From: an uncultured Nitrospiraceae bacterium
GTDB lineage: Bacteria; Nitrospirota; Thermodesulfovibrionia; Thermodesulfovibrionales; Dissulfurispiraceae
DNA length: 64,000 bases
Assembly (NCBI GenBank): GCA_963705105.1
Contig: CAVPIW010000007.1
Span: 128,001 to 192,000 of the forward strand
Direction of reading: 5' to 3'
Shown here: piece after piece, positions 19,646 through 30,349 of the stretch
How positions within the stretch are numbered: the first letter of the stretch is position 1
Layout of the letters: the number at the start of each line of letters is the position of its first letter
Translations under genes and position numbers: made by a program
Notes under the pieces: model-generated
Told to the model about the DNA's origin: nothing
What the model saw: only the letters and a program-made list of their open reading frames with translations
Database searches by the model: none

Positions 19646-20773
19646 TCAGCTCTTTTCCCTCTGAGCATGGCGCGCGTACACCATGGCCGTCGTCCGGTAG
19701 ACCATGTGCGCCATCTTCGAGAAGGGGGCGTAAGCGAAGAGGAAGAAGACGAATACGAGATGGGCATAGTACATGGGAAAAGCGAGGGCCGCAATATTCG
19801 CAAGCCTCAGGACCTCCGACAGGATGCCCGTCGCCATGATCCCGAAGATGACGATGATGAAGAGCCAGTCGAAATAGCTCCCGCCTCCCGCCTTTTCCTT
19901 GTTCTTCATGCGGTTGTTTATCACCATGGTGATGCCGATGAGCAGGGCCAGGGCGCTCACGTTGCCGATGATCTTCATGGGATCGTACAGCGGATACGGC
20001 GACTCCCTCTTGAGACCGTAGAGGTAAAGGACGCCGATGCCGGTCGTTATGGCAAGACCGATGAAAGCGTAGAAGACCAGGAGGTGAGCCGTCTTGCGTT
20101 CCTTGGTGACGTTGCAGAGCTCGAATTTCTTGTGGGACAGGATGTCCTTGATCGTCTCCGTGAGGCTGGCCGCGACATCTCCCTTTCCGGTCCCGTTCAC
20201 CGCACAGAGGTCGCCCCAATACTTCTTCACGCCCGCGAAGAAGGCAAGGACGGCGAAGAGCGCAATGGGCACGAAAACGGCGTCCACATACAGCACGGGA
20301 ATGAAGTTCGAATAGGACAGCCCTCCATGTTCGCTGGGCGGCACGGCCGAGAAGTTGAAGTGTCCCAGTGACGCGATGATGGCGCCGAAGATGAGAATGG
20401 GCACGGCAAAGAGGAGCAGGAGAGATTTCGAATTGCCCACCATCTGTCCGAGGGCGGCCGGCGTCGCATAGTGCTTGATGGCCACATTCCGGACGGCGCC
20501 GAGCACCTCGCCCGGTTTGGCGCCGCGGGGACAGTGGGCCGTACAATCGCTGCACTGGTGACAGAGCCAGATATCGGGGCTGCCGAGCAGCTTGTCCTTC
20601 AGTCCCCACTGGGCATAGAGCATTTCCTTCCTCGGAAAGGGCTTGTCGTCAGGGGTGACTCCGCAGACGACGGTGCACGTCGAGCACTGGTAACACTTCT
20701 TGAGGTCCTCACCCCCCGAGGCGATGACATCCTTAACGAAACTCAGATCCGGTTTTATGACCTGTTCATCCAT
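19646..20773 (-). CDS. qmoC: Quinone-interacting membrane oxidoreductase subunit C
   Basis: HdrC-like CYQCSTC / CHQCSDC followed by a TM domain; SKMAHMVYR. Confidence 0.94.
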   Translation of the reverse strand: MDEQVIKPDLSFVKDVIASGGEDLKKCYQCSTCTVVCGVTPDDKPFPRKEMLYAQWGLKDKLLGSPDIWLCHQCSDCTAHCPRGAKPGEVLGAVRNVAIKHYATPAALGQMVGNSKSLLLLFAVPILIFGAIIASLGHFNFSAVPPSEHGGLSYSNFIPVLYVDAVFVPIALFAVLAFFAGVKKYWGDLCAVNGTGKGDVAASLTETIKDILSHKKFELCNVTKERKTAHLLVFYAFIGLAITTGIGVLYLYGLKRESPYPLYDPMKIIGNVSALALLIGITMVINNRMKNKEKAGGGSYFDWLFIIVIFGIMATGILSEVLRLANIAALAFPMYYAHLVFVFFLFAYAPFSKMAHMVYRTTAMVYARHAQREKS

Positions 20774-20791
20774 AATGTATCCCTCCTGCCT

Positions 20792-22927
20792 TTATTTATA
20801 TGGGTTCGGACCGATCTCTTTGACCCTTTCGACGAAATCATGGATCATGCCCGGCACCGTTTGATACTCGTCAATGGCAAGCTGCACCAGCTTGACCCTG
20901 TCGGCTTCGAGCATGAGTCTGTCAAGGGTCTCCTGGACTTTGCCGAGACGGTAACTCGCAAGCTCGCTGCCCTTCGCATAGTGGCACTGATAATTATCAC
21001 CGTATTTGCATCCGAGGAGCAGCATGCCGTCGATGCCCCTTGAGAAGGCATCGGCGATCCAGACGAGGTTGACCGAGCCGAGGCACCTGAGCTGGATGAA
21101 CCGGACTGCCGTGCTTATCTTCTGTTTGCTGAGCGCAACCGTGTCAATGGCCGGGTAGGCGTCGTTCTCGCAGGCAAGGACGATGATGCGCGGTTTTTCC
21201 TCGTCCGAGGGGACGGAAACGCCCTTGAGCATGGAGCCGATCATGTCGACATGGTAGTCCTTGAAGGAGACGATTCTCTCGGGGCAGGCGCCCATGCAGG
21301 TTGCGCACCTGCGGCACCGGCCGATCTTGTAAAAGGGCGTACCCTTTTCATCTTCGTCGATGGCGCCGAAGGGGCACTCCTCAGTGCAGCGTTTGCAGGA
21401 CGTGCACCGTGTCATGAAAGGATCGGGGAAAGTTACATCCCAGGCCCTCGGATGCACGGCAATGCCCGTTGCGACATGCTCGGCCGACTGGATCGCCTTC
21501 AGGGCTGCGCCGGCCGCATCCTCCTGGGCCTCCGACCCGTTCATGGGCTGGCGGATGGCGCCGGCTGCGTACACACCGGTCCTCCGCGTCTCGTACTGGA
21601 AGCAGATGAAATTCGAGTCGGCAAAACCGTTGAAGAGGTCGAGATCGGGCAGCCCCGGTCCCTGACGGTACTGGAGATTCAGGACCGGATCGTCGACCGT
21701 CGCCGGAACGATGCCCGTGGCGAGGACGACGAGGTCCGCCTCGACCTTGACCTTCGCCCCGAGGAGGGAGTTCTCCGTTTCCACGTAGAGGTTCCCGTTC
21801 TCCGCGTCCGCTACACCCGTCACCTCGCACTTGGTGAGCATCACGCCGGGATCGTTCTGGGCTTCTTTATAGTAATATTCCATCCGGCCCGGTGTCCTGA
21901 TATCCTTGTAGAGGATCATGGCCGTGGCATCGGGGTTCTGTCTCACGTATTTCGCCTGTTTGAGAGAGGTGCCGCAGCACATGGCCGAGCAGTATGGGAG
22001 ATGGTCCGGATCGCGCTGGCCTGCGCACTGGATAAAGGCCACCTTCGTCGCTTCTTTTCCGTCTGAAGGCCGGACGATCTTTCCCTGCTTTGCCATGTCT
22101 TCAAATTCGACATTCGTCACGACATCCCTGAATTTCCCGTATCCGAGGTGCTCGAGCTTTGTCGCGTCATAGGGTCTCCATCCCGCGGCGAGGATGACGG
22201 ATCCGATCTTGACGACCTCGGAGCTGCCGTTCGTCGTGATGGTGACATCGAAGGCGCCGGGCATGCCGTCCGTCTTTTCGACCTTGCTCGACTTGTATAC
22301 CTTGATGTTCGGGTGGCCTTCCACCTCGGCGATCGTCGTCTCGATGCCGGTGTCGACGATGAGGGGCTCCGTGTAATGCTGCGTCGTGGGGATCTTTTTG
22401 TACAGCTTGTTGAAGAACCCGCCGAGCTGGTCCTCTTTCTCGACGAGCACGACCTTGTAGCCGGAATTTGCCGCCTGGAGGGCTGCCGTCATGCCGGCGA
22501 TACCGCCGCCGATGACGAGTATGGTCTTCGTCGTCTCCATGAGGTACGGCTCGGGCATATCGCCCTTCTGCGTCCTGACGACGCCCATCTTCATGTAATC
22601 CTCCGCAGCGAGCTGAATATCCGCGGGGGTTTCCTGCGTCCATGCGGCGAGTTCACGGATGGGAACGCGCTCGACGATGCAGCCGGGAAAATCGAATTCC
22701 TCAAATTTTACACGGGGAGAGCAGGCAGCGAGAATAAGGGTGTTCACCCCTTCATTCTGGATGTCCGCCTTGATCATGTCGATGCCTTCCTTGCTGCAGA
22801 GGATGGCGTGGGGCTTTACAATGGGCACCTTGAGGGCGTTCTTTCCAATTGTGGTCAGTTTCTCTATGTTGACGGATTCGCCGATCGAGCAGCCCTGGCA
22901 GATATAAAGAGCATATTTCTTTTCCAT
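20792..22927 (-). CDS. qmoB: QmoB (HdrA-like flavoprotein plus MvhD-like domain)
   Basis: GGGIAG, QCAGQRD, YCSAMCC, two 4Fe-4S motifs, CENDAYPA, GCKYGDNYQCH. Confidence 0.95.
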   Translation of the reverse strand: MEKKYALYICQGCSIGESVNIEKLTTIGKNALKVPIVKPHAILCSKEGIDMIKADIQNEGVNTLILAACSPRVKFEEFDFPGCIVERVPIRELAAWTQETPADIQLAAEDYMKMGVVRTQKGDMPEPYLMETTKTILVIGGGIAGMTAALQAANSGYKVVLVEKEDQLGGFFNKLYKKIPTTQHYTEPLIVDTGIETTIAEVEGHPNIKVYKSSKVEKTDGMPGAFDVTITTNGSSEVVKIGSVILAAGWRPYDATKLEHLGYGKFRDVVTNVEFEDMAKQGKIVRPSDGKEATKVAFIQCAGQRDPDHLPYCSAMCCGTSLKQAKYVRQNPDATAMILYKDIRTPGRMEYYYKEAQNDPGVMLTKCEVTGVADAENGNLYVETENSLLGAKVKVEADLVVLATGIVPATVDDPVLNLQYRQGPGLPDLDLFNGFADSNFICFQYETRRTGVYAAGAIRQPMNGSEAQEDAAGAALKAIQSAEHVATGIAVHPRAWDVTFPDPFMTRCTSCKRCTEECPFGAIDEDEKGTPFYKIGRCRRCATCMGACPERIVSFKDYHVDMIGSMLKGVSVPSDEEKPRIIVLACENDAYPAIDTVALSKQKISTAVRFIQLRCLGSVNLVWIADAFSRGIDGMLLLGCKYGDNYQCHYAKGSELASYRLGKVQETLDRLMLEADRVKLVQLAIDEYQTVPGMIHDFVERVKEIGPNPYK

Positions 22928-22933
22928 GTTCTC

Positions 22934-24193
22934 TTACCTCCTCAGTCCTGTCTGGATTGCCTTGATCACAGCTCCCGTGGCATCCTGAGCCGACTTGGCG
23001 ACATCCAGGGGATTCTTCGAGCAACCCACGGAGAAGATGCCGCCGCCGGGGACCGCAAATCCCTCCTCGCTCATGGTGACGCCGTTGATCTTCCGGGACG
23101 CTCCGGAAGGCTCCATGCCCGTCGCAAGGACGAACATATCGACGGTGGTCCGGATCTTCTCGCCCGTCAGCACGTCCTCCGCCTCGACGACAACGTCATC
23201 GGAACCAGGACTCTGAACGGCGCTTGCCACTTTGCCCTTGATGAAGACGACGTTCGGATCGTCCTTCACCTGCCAGTAGAACTTCTCGTACCGGCCCGGC
23301 GTGCGGATGTCGATATAGAAAATGTAGACCTTGGCATCGGGATACTGCTCGCGGATATAGAGCGTCTGTTTCAGCGTGGCCATGCAGCAGATGTAGGAGC
23401 AAAAGGCAAGGTGGTTTTCGTCCCTGCTCCCGGCGCACTGGCCGAAGGCGATCGTCTCGACCGCCTTGCCGTCGGAGGGCCTGACGATCTTTCCACCCGT
23501 CGGGCCGTTCGGCGAGGCGAGCCGCTCCATCATCATGTTCGTAACCACGTTCTTGACGGAGCCGTACCCGAGGATCTCGATCTTGTTCGCATCGTAAGGG
23601 TTCCATCCAGTCGCAACGATGACGGAGCTCGCCTTGACGGTGATGGTCTCGGCCTTCATCGAAAGGTCGATGGCGTTATAGGTACAGGCGTCGGCGCAGG
23701 TCTTCCCGCATCCGCCCGTGCAGTATTTGTCGTCAATGACGTACTTCATCGGGAAGGCCTGGTTGAAGGGAAGGTACGCCGCCTTCGTCTTGTCGAGGCC
23801 GAAATTGAACTCGTTGGGCCTCTCGGAGGGACATGCCTCCGCGCAGGCGTTGCAGGCCACGCAGTTATCGTTCACGAAGCGGGGCGCCAGTTTGATGGTG
23901 ACTGTGTAATCGCCGGGACCGCCGGTGATGCCTTCCACTTCAGCCATCGTGTGAAAGGTGATGCGGGGGTTTTCCCTGAGACGGCGGAAATTCAGCTCCA
24001 GTCCGCAATTGGGCGGGCAGAGTTTCGGGAAGTACTTGTTGAGCTGCGCAACCCTTCCGCCGAGATAGGGGTTCTTCTCGACGATCGTTACGTGAGCGCC
24101 CGTTTCCGCGGCGTCCACCGCAGCGGTGAGCCCGCTGAACCCGCCGCCGATCACCACTATGTGATTGCCCTGTCCTTTCGTCTGCTCAGGCAT
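22934..24193 (-). CDS. qmoA: QmoA (HdrA-like flavoprotein)
   Basis: GGGFSG, KYFPKLCPPNCG, QCAGSRDENHL, CSYICC. Confidence 0.95.
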   Translation of the reverse strand: MPEQTKGQGNHIVVIGGGFSGLTAAVDAAETGAHVTIVEKNPYLGGRVAQLNKYFPKLCPPNCGLELNFRRLRENPRITFHTMAEVEGITGGPGDYTVTIKLAPRFVNDNCVACNACAEACPSERPNEFNFGLDKTKAAYLPFNQAFPMKYVIDDKYCTGGCGKTCADACTYNAIDLSMKAETITVKASSVIVATGWNPYDANKIEILGYGSVKNVVTNMMMERLASPNGPTGGKIVRPSDGKAVETIAFGQCAGSRDENHLAFCSYICCMATLKQTLYIREQYPDAKVYIFYIDIRTPGRYEKFYWQVKDDPNVVFIKGKVASAVQSPGSDDVVVEAEDVLTGEKIRTTVDMFVLATGMEPSGASRKINGVTMSEEGFAVPGGGIFSVGCSKNPLDVAKSAQDATGAVIKAIQTGLRR

Positions 24194-24288
24194 GCTGCTC
24201 CTCCTTTATTGCGCGTGAATAATAAATGCGGAATGCACACTGCACGGTGCGCAAGACGCCTTGCGCATCATGGACTGTGCATTGCCTG

Positions 24289-24319
24289 AAAAAAAGGAGA
24301 GGGGCTTGCGCCCCTCTCC
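24289..24319 (-). terminator. Intrinsic terminator between aprA and qmoA
   Basis: GGAGAGGGGC-GCAA-GCCCCTCTCC followed by T7 on the minus strand. Confidence 0.85.
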
Positions 24320-24330
24320 GCTGTGGTGAA

Positions 24331-26313
24331 TTAGTCAGGGATGATCTGCACATAGGGAACTTTCTTGATGTCCCATGTGTTGTTCTCGGCATTGTACGTG
24401 GAATTGGTGAAGCACTTCCATTCCTTGTCGTTGATGGCGAGGAAGTCTCCCCTGTAGTAGTAGCCGGGATACCTGGACTCCTGCCTGAAGAGGATATGAC
24501 GGGCATGCGCCTCGACGGAGAGGATCCTGTGATAGTTCTCCCAGCACCTCATGAGCTCGTGGAGGTTGGAGGCCGCCATCTTGTTGGCGTCTTCCTTGAG
24601 CATCTCGAGCTGCTTGAGGCCCTCGTCCAGCATCGTCTTGGAGGTCATGTACCAGGTGCTGATGCCGCCAAAATACTCGTCGGAGATCTTCTGGAGTCTC
24701 GCCTGGAGCATCTTGGGCCTGATGTAGTACGGGTTGGTCAGCGTGTCGGTCGAGTAGGTCTTGTACTTCTCGAAGACCTCGTACGGGAGATACAGCTCGG
24801 CCGCGATCGCGTCTGCCGACTCCTTGACGGACGGAGTATAGCTGGCATTGTCAAGAATGAAGGCGATGGCTGCCTTTGCCGCGATCCTTCCCTCGGCGTG
24901 GGAGCCGGAGGAGAACTTGTGACCCGAGGCGCCGACGACGTCACCGGCCATGAAGAGGCCCTTGACGGTGGACATCCTGTTGTAGCCCCAGGACCACTCG
25001 GCAGGCGTTCCCGGTATGTCGCCGGGGCCGCTGCACCAGAAGCCCGCGCAGCCGGCGTGGGAGCCGAGGATGTAAGGCTCGGTCGGCATGATCTCGGACG
25101 GCTCCTTGTCGGGCTCCACGTTCTTGGAGGCCCAGAGACCGGCCTGGCCGATGCACATATCGAGGAAGTCTTCCCATGCTTCGGCCTCGAGGTGCTTGAT
25201 CCTCTTGGCGTCCATCTTCGTGGCAAGCTCTGCCATCGCGTCGTGGGTCCTCATGAGGATGGGGCCTTTGCCCTTTTTCATGTCGAGCATCATCATGTGG
25301 TTCCTGATGGCGGTGCCGAGCTTCTCGGCATAGGGGCTGTAGAGGGCCTTCGTCTGCTCGAAGTTCTCGCCCGTGCAGTAGTCTTCGCCGAGGGCGTTCG
25401 TTGCTTTCGCCTTGAAGAAGAGGAACCATGCGCCGACAGGGCCGTATCCGTCCTTGAACCGGGCCGGGACGAACCTGTTCTCCATCAGGGTGAGCTCTGC
25501 GCCGGCCTGCATGCCGAGTGCGTACCCGGAACCGGAGTTCCAGACGGGATACCACGCCCTGCCCTGGCCTTCTGCAACCGACCTGGGCCTGAAGGTGTTG
25601 ACGGCGCCGCCCGCTGCGTTGATCATGGCCTTCGCCTTGAAGAGGTAAATCTTGTTCTCCCTGACGCTGAAGCCCGCTGCCGCCGCGACCCTGCTCGGAT
25701 CGTTGGCATCTTTGTAAAGCTTCACGATGAAGATGCGCTCGTAGTGGTTCTGCGCAACGCCGGTGGCCTTCCTGTTGACCTCGAGGGCGGCCTTTGCGGC
25801 TTCCGCCACGACGACCTTGTAGGACTCACCGTTGATCATGATCTGCCACTTTCCGGACCTGACGGGTGTTCCGCCGTCCCTCAGCATGGCCTTGCCCTCG
25901 TCCCTTGCCTGGAAGCCGTCAAGGGAGAAGCCGTCGTCGGCCTTCTTCCAGATGGGGAGTCCCCACTCCTCAAACATATGGACGGAATCGTCGACGTGCC
26001 TGCCGAGGTCATAGACGAGGTCTTCCCTGATGATGCCCATCAGGTCGGCCCTGACGTACTTCACGTAGTCGGCCACCTTGTTCTCGCCGATGTAGGTGTT
26101 GATTGCGGAAAGGCCCATCGCAACGGCGCCGCTTCTGTCCGTGGCGGCCTTGTCGACCATGGTGACCTTCAGGTTCTTCGGGCCGGCCCAGCGGCATGCC
26201 TCGAAGGCTGAGCCGCAGCATGCCATACCGCCGCCGATGAGCAGCAGATCCGTCTCAACCTCTATGATCTCAGGCTTCTGACAAAATGAAAATGTACAGG
26301 TTTCTTTTTCCAT
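24331..26313 (-). CDS. aprA: Adenylylsulfate reductase alpha subunit
   Basis: RSGAVAMGLSAINTY, GKWQIMINGESYK, ENRFVPARFKDGYGPVGAW, HKFSSGSHAEG. Confidence 0.98.
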   Translation of the reverse strand: MEKETCTFSFCQKPEIIEVETDLLLIGGGMACCGSAFEACRWAGPKNLKVTMVDKAATDRSGAVAMGLSAINTYIGENKVADYVKYVRADLMGIIREDLVYDLGRHVDDSVHMFEEWGLPIWKKADDGFSLDGFQARDEGKAMLRDGGTPVRSGKWQIMINGESYKVVVAEAAKAALEVNRKATGVAQNHYERIFIVKLYKDANDPSRVAAAAGFSVRENKIYLFKAKAMINAAGGAVNTFRPRSVAEGQGRAWYPVWNSGSGYALGMQAGAELTLMENRFVPARFKDGYGPVGAWFLFFKAKATNALGEDYCTGENFEQTKALYSPYAEKLGTAIRNHMMMLDMKKGKGPILMRTHDAMAELATKMDAKRIKHLEAEAWEDFLDMCIGQAGLWASKNVEPDKEPSEIMPTEPYILGSHAGCAGFWCSGPGDIPGTPAEWSWGYNRMSTVKGLFMAGDVVGASGHKFSSGSHAEGRIAAKAAIAFILDNASYTPSVKESADAIAAELYLPYEVFEKYKTYSTDTLTNPYYIRPKMLQARLQKISDEYFGGISTWYMTSKTMLDEGLKQLEMLKEDANKMAASNLHELMRCWENYHRILSVEAHARHILFRQESRYPGYYYRGDFLAINDKEWKCFTNSTYNAENNTWDIKKVPYVQIIPD

Positions 26314-26330
26314 TCTTCATCCCTCCTAAT

Positions 26331-26750
26331 TTAGTCGGTCCTCGCCGTATAGTTGAAAAAGCCGGGGCCTTTCAACGTGGCGAAATCGGGTTCGGGCTTC
26401 CCTGCGTATGCATCGACAGAACCTTCAGCGGTGAGCCTGATCGGGAATTTGAATCTCTTGAGGGAGCCGTTCCTGAATTTGACCGTCCACATGATGGAGT
26501 CGGTGCCTCTCATCGGGATGACGTTGCCGCCGAGAGGAACGAAGTCCTGATAGCCCCTGACCTCGATGGCCTGCTGCGGGCATATCTTCACGCAGTTGTA
26601 GCACTCCCAGCACTGCTCCGGCTCCTGATTGAACGCCTTCATGAGGTCCCTGTTCAGGGCCATCAGGTCGTTCGGGCAGATGTACTGGCAAGCCGTTTTG
26701 TCCTGGGCCTTGCAGCCGTCACACTTCTCAGTAATAACAAAACTTGGCAT
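26331..26750 (-). CDS. aprB: Adenylylsulfate reductase beta subunit
   Basis: CDGCK..TACQYICP, CWECYNCVKICP, RFKFPIR. Confidence 0.98.
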   Translation of the reverse strand: MPSFVITEKCDGCKAQDKTACQYICPNDLMALNRDLMKAFNQEPEQCWECYNCVKICPQQAIEVRGYQDFVPLGGNVIPMRGTDSIMWTVKFRNGSLKRFKFPIRLTAEGSVDAYAGKPEPDFATLKGPGFFNYTARTD

Positions 26751-26885
26751 AAACCTAACCTCCTCTTTGGTTGAAATTAGCGAAATTCGCTCATGTGCCT
26801 TGATCGATCAATCCACGGCATAGTGTTTCGGTTGTATCCCCCTCAACACCTCCTTTCGCGAGATATATAAGGTATAAGCATCAGG

Positions 26886-26918
26886 GAGCAGGGAAACCGG
26901 CACCACGGTCCCCTGCTC
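26886..26918 (-). terminator. Hairpin after sat (possible terminator or mRNA stabiliser)
   Basis: GAGCAGGG...CCCTGCTC inverted repeat just past the sat stop; weak U-tract. Confidence 0.5.
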
Positions 26919-26928
26919 TTCTTTCCAA

Positions 26929-28143
26929 TTACACGCCTTCGGAGTACTTGTGGGTCTTGATCTCGACCTTCTCGGTCAGGCCCTGGTAGTACTCTTTCAG
27001 GACCTCCGCCACTTCCGGACGGCTGAACTGGGACGATACCTCTTCACCATCGGAGAGCATCTTCCGCAGCTTCGTCCCGCTCAGGAGCACCCTGTCATCC
27101 TTGCCGTGCGGGCAGGTCTTCATGGAGGCCATGCCGTCGCACTTCTTGCAGTAAAAGGTCCAGTCGATGTTGAGAGGCTTCGTCTCCAGTGCGTCCTTCG
27201 GGATCTCAAGGAAGATCTTCTGGGCGTCGAAGGGACCGTAGTACTCGCCCACGCCGGCGTGGTCGCGGCCGATGATCATGTAGCTGCAGCCGTAGTTCTG
27301 CCTGAAGGTGGCGTGGAGAAGGGCCTCACGCGGTCCGGCATACCGCATGTCGAGCGGGTAGCCGGCCTGGATGCAGGTCTTCGGGACGAAATAGAGTTCG
27401 ACGAGCTTGTTGATCGCCTTAACCCTGACTTCGGCGGGGATGTCGCCGGGTTTGAGTTTACCGAGGAGCTGGTGGATGAGGACGCCGTCGCAGATCTCGA
27501 TGGCGACCTTGGCAAGGAATTCGTGGGAGCGATGCATGGGGTTCCTGAGCTGTAGGGCGGCAACGGTGTTCCAGCCCATATCCGTGAACATCTTCCTCGT
27601 CTCGGCGGGGGTAAGGAAGAGACCGGGATAATCGCGCGGGAACGTGCCCAGGCTCAGGACCTTGACGGGACCGGCAAGGTTGACCTCTGCCTGCTCCATG
27701 ACCATCTTCACGCCGGGATGCTCCGTATCAGTGGTCTTGTAAATGTTCTTGCATTCGAACTCTTTGTCGATCGAGTACTTCTCGGTGACCTTCATGGTCG
27801 CCATGGTTTCTTTGAAATCATCGGAATAGAGAGCGATTTCTTCCCCTATCTTGATGCCGTCGGCGGCCGCCTTGGGCACAGAAACAGTGATCGGAATGGG
27901 CCAGAACGTGCCGTCGGCCATCTTGAAGTCGGCGCAGACTCCCTTCCAGTCGGCCTGGGTCATGAAGCCCGTCAGCGGGGTGAATCCGCCGATGCCCATC
28001 ATGATAAGGTCGCCGGATTCGCGCGATGCGATGTGGACTTTCAGCAGTGACTCAGCCTTTCTTGACTCCTCCGCGAATTCCGCGCCGGTCACAAGGAGAG
28101 GCATTAATTTCTTTGCTTTACCGTGGGGGTTTACCAAAGCCAT
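26929..28143 (-). CDS. sat: Sulfate adenylyltransferase
   Basis: [39 protein letters not shown]. Confidence 0.98.
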   Translation of the reverse strand: MALVNPHGKAKKLMPLLVTGAEFAEESRKAESLLKVHIASRESGDLIMMGIGGFTPLTGFMTQADWKGVCADFKMADGTFWPIPITVSVPKAAADGIKIGEEIALYSDDFKETMATMKVTEKYSIDKEFECKNIYKTTDTEHPGVKMVMEQAEVNLAGPVKVLSLGTFPRDYPGLFLTPAETRKMFTDMGWNTVAALQLRNPMHRSHEFLAKVAIEICDGVLIHQLLGKLKPGDIPAEVRVKAINKLVELYFVPKTCIQAGYPLDMRYAGPREALLHATFRQNYGCSYMIIGRDHAGVGEYYGPFDAQKIFLEIPKDALETKPLNIDWTFYCKKCDGMASMKTCPHGKDDRVLLSGTKLRKMLSDGEEVSSQFSRPEVAEVLKEYYQGLTEKVEIKTHKYSEGV

Positions 28144-28194
28144 AGTCGATCCTCCTCAAATGTATTTTTTTCAAGCCAAAACCATACTGAACCG

Positions 28195-28839
28195 TTAAAC
28201 GCCGAGGGCGCTGCAGACTTTCCCGAAGATATCGTCGATGCTCCCGGTGCCTGCGACGGATTTCAGGATTCCCTTGTTCTTGTAATAATCGAAGAGGGGA
28301 GCCGTCTGGGCGGTGTAGACGTCGAGTCTCTTCTTGATCGTCGCCTCCTTGTCGTCGTCCCTCTGGAAGAGCTCTCCTCCGCACTTGTCACAGACGCCAT
28401 CCTTCTTGGGCGCCGAGAAGTACAGATTATACATCTGTCCGCAGGCCTTGCATGTCCTCCGGCCTGTCAGCCTCTTCATGAGGTCCTCCATGGGGACATC
28501 GACGCTGAGCGCGGCCGTCAACGGCATGCTCAGTCCCGCGAGCATCTTGTCGAGGGCCTCAGCCTGGGCGGTGTTTCTGGGGAAACCATCGAGGATGTAT
28601 CCCTTTTTGCAGTCGTCCTTTTTCAGTCTCTCTTCGACCATACCGAGGACGACGCTGTCCGGCACCAGTTCACCCTTATCCATATAGGACTTCGCTTCTT
28701 TTCCGAGCGCCGTCCCTGCACCCACAGCCGCCCTGAGAAGATCGCCCGTGGATATCTGGGGAATGGGGTACTTATCGACAAGCTTTTTCGCCTGAGTTCC
28801 CTTGCCTGCACCAGGTGCACCGAGAAGGACTAATCTCAT
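28195..28839 (-). CDS. adk: Adenylate kinase (zinc LID)
   Basis: GAPGAGKGTQ, STGDLLR, LDGFPR, CKAC...CDKC. Confidence 0.98.
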   Translation of the reverse strand: MRLVLLGAPGAGKGTQAKKLVDKYPIPQISTGDLLRAAVGAGTALGKEAKSYMDKGELVPDSVVLGMVEERLKKDDCKKGYILDGFPRNTAQAEALDKMLAGLSMPLTAALSVDVPMEDLMKRLTGRRTCKACGQMYNLYFSAPKKDGVCDKCGGELFQRDDDKEATIKKRLDVYTAQTAPLFDYYKNKGILKSVAGTGSIDDIFGKVCSALGV

Positions 28840-28934
28840 GGAAGAACCTCCAAGTGGAATTATTTTGAGGCATCTATAAATTACTGAAAAGGAAAAATTA
28901 ATGCAATTTTAAAATTTAAATCAGCACATTAAAA

Positions 28935-29540
28935 TTACTTATATTCCTGTTCATGAAGGCCTGTCAGATATTGCTTCAGCTGTTCAAGCGCCATTCTGCG
29001 GTGGCTGAGAGCGTCTTTTTCATCGGGTGACATTTCTGCGAAGGTCCTGGCGTGTCCCCGGGGGAAAAAGACTGGGTCATAACCGAAACCGGACCTGCCC
29101 CGGGACTCACGGGCAATGGTTCCCTCCGCTAAACCCCGGAATAATACAACGTTCCCTTCCGGAAATGCAAGGGCGAGACAACACACGAACCGGGCGCCTC
29201 TTGAGCCGTCTGCGACGCCCTTCATCTCATCAAGGAGTTTGACAATGTTGGCCTCGTCACCGGCGCACTCACCGGCATATCTGGACGAGTAGACACCCGG
29301 AGCGCCTCCCAGGGCATCCACCTCGAGCCCCGAATCGTCGGCGACGGACAGGCGCTGCGAACAAAGTGCCGTCTCGACGGCCTTTTTCGTCGCATTGCCC
29401 TCAAAGGTGTCCCTGTCCTCCGCGACATCGGTGCATGCCGGAAATGCATCGACGGAAAGTACGGTCACATCGACACTGCGGAGCATCCGCTCCAGTTCTT
29501 CTACCTTTTTTCTGTTCCTGGTGGCGAGAACGATGTCCAT
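28935..29540 (-). CDS. rdgB: Non-canonical purine NTP pyrophosphatase (RdgB/HAM1)
   Basis: ATRNRKK, ADDSGL, PGVYSSRY, GFGYDP, SHR. Confidence 0.95.
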   Translation of the reverse strand: MDIVLATRNRKKVEELERMLRSVDVTVLSVDAFPACTDVAEDRDTFEGNATKKAVETALCSQRLSVADDSGLEVDALGGAPGVYSSRYAGECAGDEANIVKLLDEMKGVADGSRGARFVCCLALAFPEGNVVLFRGLAEGTIARESRGRSGFGYDPVFFPRGHARTFAEMSPDEKDALSHRRMALEQLKQYLTGLHEQEYK

Positions 29541-29691
29541 GGTCCGTTAGCGGGCACGCATCGGCTCATGCCGGCGAACCGGCGCAGCGCGGAATGGAGA
29601 TTGATGAAACCGGGTTATGGAATAGAGGCCCAGCAAAACGAAGTAAGATAGCATTCCGGGCAGGCAAAATGCAAATCCCGCAAGGCCTGAG

Positions 29692-29721
29692 TTGACAATC
29701 ACCGGAGGCATTGTTTAAGCT
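29692..29721 (+). promoter_or_regulatory. Sigma70-like promoter of tRNA-Met
   Basis: TTGACA-N18-TAAGCT ending 7 nt before the tRNA. Confidence 0.6.
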
Positions 29722-29728
29722 AAACATC

Positions 29729-29805
<77 letters not shown>

Positions 29806-30115
29806 AAGAAAATCAGAGGGTTACCGGTCCGGTAGCCCTTTCTTTTTGGCAGTTCTTTCTAAAGGATTTCTAACGAAGCCGAGAGTTCCTTCCAAGAGAC
29901 CTGCTTGCTGCCTGTCAAATTCCATGTCCTCAAACAGGTGAGAGGTGGTCCCCGAAGATCAGACAGTCGTTATGAAGGTGTAAAATGCGCGTCTGGAGAG
30001 GGCTCACCGAGATGAGCAGGAGTTGCTGCAGACCGGCCGGTCCGACGCAGGCATGGGCGCGATCCGTGTCGTCAGGGCACAGGCGACAATCCCGCGCAGC
30101 GCCGCGACAGAAGTT

Positions 30116-30349
30116 CTACTCTTGCTGTTCGACGTACTCAATCCCGTTTGATCTCAGACAATGTCGATAAATGATCTCATAGACGAACTCATCCCTGTCA
30201 GATCTCTTTTCTGCTTCCGCCGAACACCGCGCTATTACCACTCTCGGGCGGTACTCATACCAGCTAAAGGCTCCGCCCATAACAAGAAGCAGAAGAATAA
30301 CGAGTCCTGCAAATAAACCTTTTGAAGTTCCTGATTTTTGCTTCATCAC
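30116..30349 (-). CDS. Small hypothetical membrane protein
   Basis: 77 aa, one TM helix, two Cys; no recognisable family. Confidence 0.55.
   Translation of the reverse strand: MMKQKSGTSKGLFAGLVILLLLVMGGAFSWYEYRPRVVIARCSAEAEKRSDRDEFVYEIIYRHCLRSNGIEYVEQQE

Noticed and set aside
29546..29655. 35-codon ORF upstream of rdgB (MLSYFVLLG...)
   Set aside because: No RBS or recognisable homology; cannot be supported.
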